From assembly GCA_964016885.1 (NCBI GenBank), contig OZ024747.1:16430001-16494000 (forward strand): a DNA stretch of 64,000 bases. The letters are read 5' to 3'. The position numbers and the translations under genes were made by a program. The DNA is from Eledone cirrhosa (Eukaryota). Each line of letters opens with the position of its first letter. The first letter of the stretch is position 1. Shown in pieces: positions 56,641 through 64,000 of the stretch. Below the pieces are notes generated by a model. The model searched no databases. It saw only the letters and a list, made by a program, of their open reading frames with translations, and was not told the DNA's origin.

Positions 56641-57059
56641 GAAGGCGTCGTAGTGAGAGCAACTAAGTTTGGACATTGAACAGTTTGATATAAATCTTTT
56701 AATAAAATTGATCTGCAATGCATCCAGCGTGCAGTAGTTTCCCTCAGCATAGGTTAGATAAGCCTTTTTAAGAGACGGTTGACAAGCTATATAGAGATGT
56801 TGCCTCGACAAAACCACAAGCCTATGTAATAACCCCACAAATATAACCATCATGTCTTAATGACAACAAATATTAAGTCACAGTAGATTGGTCATCGTCT
56901 TCGACACCATGGGTCACATTTTCCAGACTCCAAATCTCTGGTCAACATTTCTACTACTACTTAACATCTTTACAACAAAGATTGATGTCGGATGTCATCC
57001 ACAACAAGTCACATCCTGTCAATGTCATTATATGCCCCCTAAATCTAGTATACTTATAG

Positions 57060-58200
57060 GAAATAGGAAGAAATGTCCCTGGAAAGATAACAAACAGGTT
57101 TGGGAGTTCTATTATATTGCTGAGTATTATCTATGAGATGTTTCAAGCATTGAGCAAACATACAGAATGTGGAAAGAAACGTGTGCTAATTTAAGGCTGC
57201 ACATCATCAGTAATACATTTGCGAATATACGCAAAAATATAATTTAAATAAAATGCTGGCTTATATTGAAAAATACCGAATAAAAGAAAAGGTTAGGCGG
57301 AAGCTCAGCTATGACCCACGAAACACAATCAAATCTAACATGTCTTCTATAGAGAACATGCAGGAGAAAATCTCCATGAAATCTCTGACAATGTAAGTCG
57401 ATCTGGACAACAAAACTGGACAACAAAATAATTCTTGGATGAATCCAAGCTGACAATACGGTTATGAGTAACCTCTAGAACCTTCCAAAAATGTGTAACT
57501 GTACCAAACTGAAAAAATATCATAGGTAAACACGGTTAAGTAGAAGTACATAAACCGAAATGAAGTTGCAATCAAACCATTTAATGAATTAATCTATAGT
57601 GATATTACAGTGTGCAGCCAAATGTGTGGAATGAAATTCAATAACTAAGTAAACTTTTGATAAATGTTAGTAAGGTAAGAAAAGAAATCATGAAACAAAT
57701 CAAGTTTTTCGTTCTAAAATAGCAATACTAAAATATATATTCCTGAAAATCATAGCAATACATTCAACAACCATAGAAGTCTAAGTGTGAATTAGAATCA
57801 AACAGCCAAATTGATAAAACAATAGTGGAAATCAAATGGAGATTCCAAATTAAATTGACACGTAAACGCCTTTTTGAAAAACTATCTAGATTCTCCAAAG
57901 AGAAGAGTATGTTCAAAGTAAATGTAAATGTACAATCAAAATAAAAAAAATGCTCTTACAAAACCAAAAAATATATAACCTTTGAAGTATAATATAGCCT
58001 GACGAAAAGGTGCGTGACACTACCACATCATGGTTTAATCAAGATCAAGAGACAGGTCATATAAAACAGAAGCAGGTGGTGATACTATAGACATGACATT
58101 TTCAGGGAAAACAATTGTTTCTCCAGCATTTCGTTAAATGCCTTGACAAATTGTCATAAAAAGTTTAACTATCTTTTACAATTGTATAAGAAAAAACCCA
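57060..58200 (+). mobile_element. Heavily degraded N-terminal region of an RLE-type LINE
   Basis: Reads WKDNKQVWEFYYIAE...YRMWKE; many stops. Confidence 0.4.
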
Positions 58201-58289
58201 CATATGTCTCACGAAATGCTAGTTAATGGCAATATCCTTGCTCTGCGCTCCTTACGTATGTGCAGTATTGTTATTGCTATTTTATTGAG

Positions 58290-59980
58290 AGTCATCTTCG
58301 TAATGTGTGCACAGTGCCTAAACATGTCATTTTCTCTGTGCTGTATATATATATTTTAATTCCTATTCATTTCAATGTATTTGTGCTTTTTTTTAATCTT
58401 TCCCTGGGCACCCATTATTATAGGGATCGTTTCTGTTTCCATCCAACACATTCGTGTTATTTCTATTTCTAGACATTTATGTGTGGATAATTTCTCCATT
58501 TCCATTTCCTTGGTTGATAGATATGTTGCAATCGGTGGAGATAGATATATCAATTAGAAGGTTTGTTCTCTTTGTGGTTTTTAATTATAATATCTGGTCG
58601 GTTCACATTGATCTCTCTGTCTGTGTATATTGATACATCCCAGGATATGATTGCTTTCTCATTCCCTGACACCTTTTTAGTTACATCCTTGACTGGTGTA
58701 TATGTGTAGCATTTGATCTCTTGGAATGAATTTCAGTGTACGAAAATACTAACGCTAACATGCTTGTGGATATATCCCTTTGTGGTTAGAACTGGGCAGC
58801 CAGGAATAATGAGCTTAATTGCTTTTCTTCTTCATTACTACATATTCTGCGGTTACTTACTGTGTTCTTCTTTATGAATATTTGTTGATTTCTGGCAGAG
58901 AGGTTTTGTTCATGGACTGCAAATAGAAACCCTTCTGTCTTGGCATTTATTCTAGTGCTTCTCCAGTAATTTTGTGAATTTTGCTTCTTCTCTTGCATCC
59001 TATTCAGGTGTATATCTATGTGTATTGCAAAATCTCACATTTTTGTTACGTTACCAATTTCAGTTACCTGCACAGAATGATGTTGATACCATTTAACAAT
59101 TTAAAAAATATTTTTATATATTTTCAAGTGGATATACTGCCCGAATCTGTGGCTGTATTTGTATTCAAACATCGCTAAGTTTGTGCTTGCAGATAATAGG
59201 CGATCCACTGTTTAAGTATTTCTGTCTCAGAACCAGCATTTTAGGAAATTATGTTTTCACAATATGTTTGCTTGATATTTTTTGTGCTACGTCATTCGTG
59301 TTGTGGAGCCAGTATGGAATCCTCTGTTTCGAATTTCTATCCTGAACTATGCAACCACTGTTGTGTTTGGGTTTCGTTTAGATCAGCTTGCCTGATTCGA
59401 GTAAAGTACTGAACCTGTAGTGGCTTATTTTGCCATTTATTTTATCCGCTGAAAAATGGCTTCCTTTGCCTTTTTTTAGCCTTTGCTGTCGCTGCTAGAA
59501 AGAGTTTCTTGTGTCACGCCAGCGCTATATTTGGTGCTTTCTCCCATAACAGAATAAAGCCTTTTACTTGCATCATTTTGTTTTACTACCTGCATCGTCC
59601 AATCATTAGCTACTTGGAGATATTGGTACAAACCAATTGGTATTGTCTTGAAACAAACTCCAATTATATTAGACCTCTGCCTCCCTCCCTGAGATCTGGC
59701 CAGCTAGAGTGGCTCACTATCCATGTTAGGAAGTACGGTGATATGTGAAGTGTTTACAGTATCCATTTAAATGTCCATATAACTATGTTAGAGCTGTCTT
59801 TGACCAACAGGTACTGCTAAGCTGTTTATCCCAGATATTCTGTTCTTTGAATTGTTTGAATTGGGGTCTGTGTTTAAGATAAGTAGAAACCGTCTATAAT
59901 ATTCTTTTCTGATCTTTTCATATTTACATTTGTTTTTAATTATTATACAAATACTTTTAGGGTTGCCAAATATTCGTCTT
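58290..59980 (-). mobile_element. Degenerate RLE-type (R4/Dong-like) LINE RT and endonuclease relics
   Basis: Reads INAKTEGFLFAVHEQNL...; WDVSIYTDREINVNRPDIII; LEIEITRMCWMETETIPIIMGAQG; INSLAVP; GGRGL-like segment. Confidence 0.75.
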
Positions 59981-61411
59981 CATAAATTGACACATTTAGT
60001 AATACAGCTTCAAGATTGGGTATGAGTATTAACATATTTATTTATATATGTATTTATATATATTTGAAATAAATTAACTGTAGCTGTGCTTATTCACATT
60101 AACACATACAAACACGTTGCATTATTCAATTTCTTTCTGCTGATTCATTTTGATTTGTTTTCTATCAATAGCACCTTCAGTTATTGTTACCTAATTGAAG
60201 GTGGGGCTGCTATGTTTTATTGGTTTAGTATTTAGTTTTTTTATGCAAAGCTATGAATATACATGATGAAATCACTTTTGTGTATATATTATATAAATAT
60301 GTGAAACGAAATTGGAAATCTAATTATCAGAATTATTTACTATCAAAGCTTATAATTATCATTATTTGTTTCCGAGCTATCTTAATTATTTGTATAAGAG
60401 GTGCCTTAATATTCATATAGAAATCATAATTATTAATATATCTTCTTGAACATCATCTGCAACTATCACCACTACAAGCACCATACGCCACATCATTCAA
60501 CACCACTGCCACACCAGGAACACACAAATACATTTTAATTAATTATATCTTTTACTCTCTTGCATTAAGTATGATGCTATTATTTTGAAATAAGCCCGTT
60601 CAATCATTGGTACCATTATATGATAAAGGCCGTTCCCAATTTTATAGCCAATTCTAGGAATGAATTATATTTATTATCCTTCAAAATGTAAGCAACTATG
60701 AGGATTTTACATTTGAAAAGTTAATAATTGGTCCTCCGTTTATTTGCCCGATGAATTTTGTCGTTAAATAAATTGGTCTGATCGAAGAACTAATGTGAAT
60801 ATGAACGGGCATTCAATGGAGACGAATCTCAGTGACATAATACGCTATATGATTTTAAGTAAAATGGTGACTCTTTAAATTAAAGGGTTTTCCACACAAT
60901 GACCCCTGCTAAATGCATTTATAAATATGGCACGAAGCCACGATGAAAACAACTTATCGGAGAAGTAATTCGGTGGAACTGCACTTGGAGTCTCTCTTTA
61001 TGGAGTGAACATCGTACCCATAAAAGGTTACGCTTTAAGTAAGTTGCACTGTTTATAATGTTTATGATTCCACAAATGTATTGAACTAAACAAAAATAAA
61101 CCACTCATAGAAACATGTTTTAATTCCTGATAAACTAAAAAGAAAAAGAAAGATCATATGAATATACAGAGAAGAAATTCCGCACAGAAAGCAAAATACG
61201 CGGGCAGAAAGTTTAAATATGTAGAAATATTTGAGGATATAAATCATAAAGGAATCAACAAGCGAAAATATCCACTCAAATGCCATTCAGAATTTTGACA
61301 TATCCTCAATTTGAATGATTAGCGGCAAAGACAAATTCTTGCATGCCTATTTAAAATAAGCCTGCATCATGATTATTAAAGCAGACGTGAATCTCAGTGT
61401 ATGGTGGGATA

Positions 61412-61474
<63 letters not shown>

Positions 61475-61627
61475 GTATATATATATATATAAATACACGG
61501 AGAGTTAGCGAAAGATAGAGCGACTGATTGGAAGAATTATCAATATATAAATATATATGTGAGTCTGTGTGTGTATGCATATATTTATATATATACAGAC
61601 ACACACACCACACTCACACACACACAA

Positions 61628-61730
<103 letters not shown>

Positions 61731-62359
61731 TGCGTATGTATATGTATGCATGTTCTACTGGCTTTATGGTTTTATAAAATTGCACCAATAGAGAGATGGA
61801 GAGTCGGTTTCTAACATAGAAACACATTTCTTTCAAAGGAATCTTAACAATATCAACTAGGTATACACGTATGTATGTTTGTGTGTTTGTGCAGGTATGT
61901 GTGTTATTGAATGTGTGGGTTTGTATATCTTACGTCTTATGTGTACATGTGCGTATGTTTCCATATCTATACATGTTGAGTTGAGTTTACAGTTCAATTC
62001 ATGGTCTGTACTTGCAACTTCCTAACTAGACCTACTCTTTATGGATCTGTGAAACTCACCTTTTCAAAATGTGTACTGAGTTAGTTAGTAACGTATCATG
62101 GAGTCCCAATGCTCACATGCATAAATCAAAAGGCATAGTCAGAGTGGATTATCTGCAGGTTCCTGATTAGTTCAGCACAAACGTTCTCCTTTTCGCTAGT
62201 CTTTATTATTTTATTTACATCTGTAAATATTGTAAAACATCTCTGAAACTCAGAATATTTACTCTCAGTCAAGCACTCATTTGGGCGTCAGACATTACAA
62301 ATATGAACAGCTGGTATATTTCCAAACCCCGGTTAAGACTATTGGTGAACATAGGCACT

Positions 62360-62543
62360 AATAATTGTTTCTATTTTGGGCACAAGGCCAGCAATTACCC
62401 AGTACATTACTGGTACTTTAGTTTATCGATCTCGTATGGATGAAAGGCAAAGTTAACATCGGCGGGATTTGAACTCAGATCGTAAAGGGACGTAACTATG
62501 CTGGAAAGCATGTCCGACCCTCTACCAATACATCTAATTCACC
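62360..62543 (-). mobile_element. tRNA-derived SINE
   Basis: Same family as 28953-29143. Confidence 0.9.
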
Positions 62544-62842
62544 GATAATGGAATGAAAGAAGTTCAGTTGATGCGATCGCGCTTGGCCCAATACACGGTG
62601 CAGTGAATAGTTAGTGATGATGATGATAATGTATAATGATTTATCTGATAATCATATATATCTTCTGTATTCAGAATATCTATATAGTTTGTATTTTAGT
62701 TCAGTGTGAATTTAACTGATATATGTACACTTTAAGGAAGAAACTAGCTGCAGAAATGCAAAACAGAAGTTCGCAAGAAGACAAATCGATAAATACAATA
62801 AGAAATAGTAACATATAACTTCGATAAATTTATATCACTTAC

Positions 62843-63040
62843 TTGGACATCAAATGGAAAATCATTCAACTCCAAGTTCTCCATGAAAGTCCCTTTAATC
62901 ACCCGTTTCTCAACGATGTAAGCTTCACCTTTATCATTGAAGTTCACTCTGTGTCGAATATTTTCTTTTGGATCACCTAGTGTGTTTTCAATATAAAGTT
63001 TTGGACTCCAGTATTTCTTAATATCAATACCTTCAAGTGC
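62843..63040 (-). CDS. Exon (66 codons) of a Cys-less pentameric ligand-gated ion channel subunit; extracellular domain, loop A to Pro-loop
   Basis: Reads [66 protein letters not shown], with WxPxL and FPFDxQ motifs. Acceptor cag at 63043-63041, donor gtaagt at 62842-62837; 198 bp, phase 0/0. Confidence 0.93.
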
Positions 63041-63223
63041 CTGATATATTTTAAAAAAAGAGATGAAAAACGAAATGTGATAAATAAAAAAGGAATACAA
63101 TGATGATACTGAAATAAAAAAAAAACAAAGAAATTTGATACGTATGTCAGAATTGTTACATCCACATAAATAACTTGTCTTCACATAAATTTCTATATAT
63201 AAATGAATATATACACACACAGA

Positions 63224-64000
<777 letters not shown>

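Overview
AT-rich, microsatellite-saturated animal genomic DNA. A cephalopod (octopus-like) origin is inferred only from the SINE family and the (TA)n load. The window lies inside one large minus-strand gene: three phase-0 exons (63040-62843, 39301-39044, 8963-8808) splice into an uninterrupted 204-aa segment of a pentameric ligand-gated ion channel whose 'Cys-loop' has no cysteines. The exons are separated by introns of about 23.5 and 30 kb. The introns contain tRNA-derived SINEs, an internally deleted mariner, RTE- and R4/Dong-like LINE relics, and about 20 pieces of Penelope-like retroelements (PLEs), mostly embedded in (TA)n tracts. The PLE pieces carry GIY-YIG/RT coding fragments, fold-back inverted repeats with arms of 40 bp to 1.1 kb, and about 20 type I hammerhead ribozyme (HHR) motifs. 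Many HHRs have greatly extended stem II (up to ~144 nt) or recurrent non-canonical cores. The least explained signal is a small covarying bulged hairpin (RCTC-stem-loop-stem'-TH-GAGY) found at least 9 times in unrelated PLE families. It usually lies 15-50 nt downstream of an HHR on the same strand, and in several elements it starts just beyond the point where the inverted arm stops. All structures were derived by eye; no folding software or database search was run. Most of the supplied ORFs are microsatellite artefacts.
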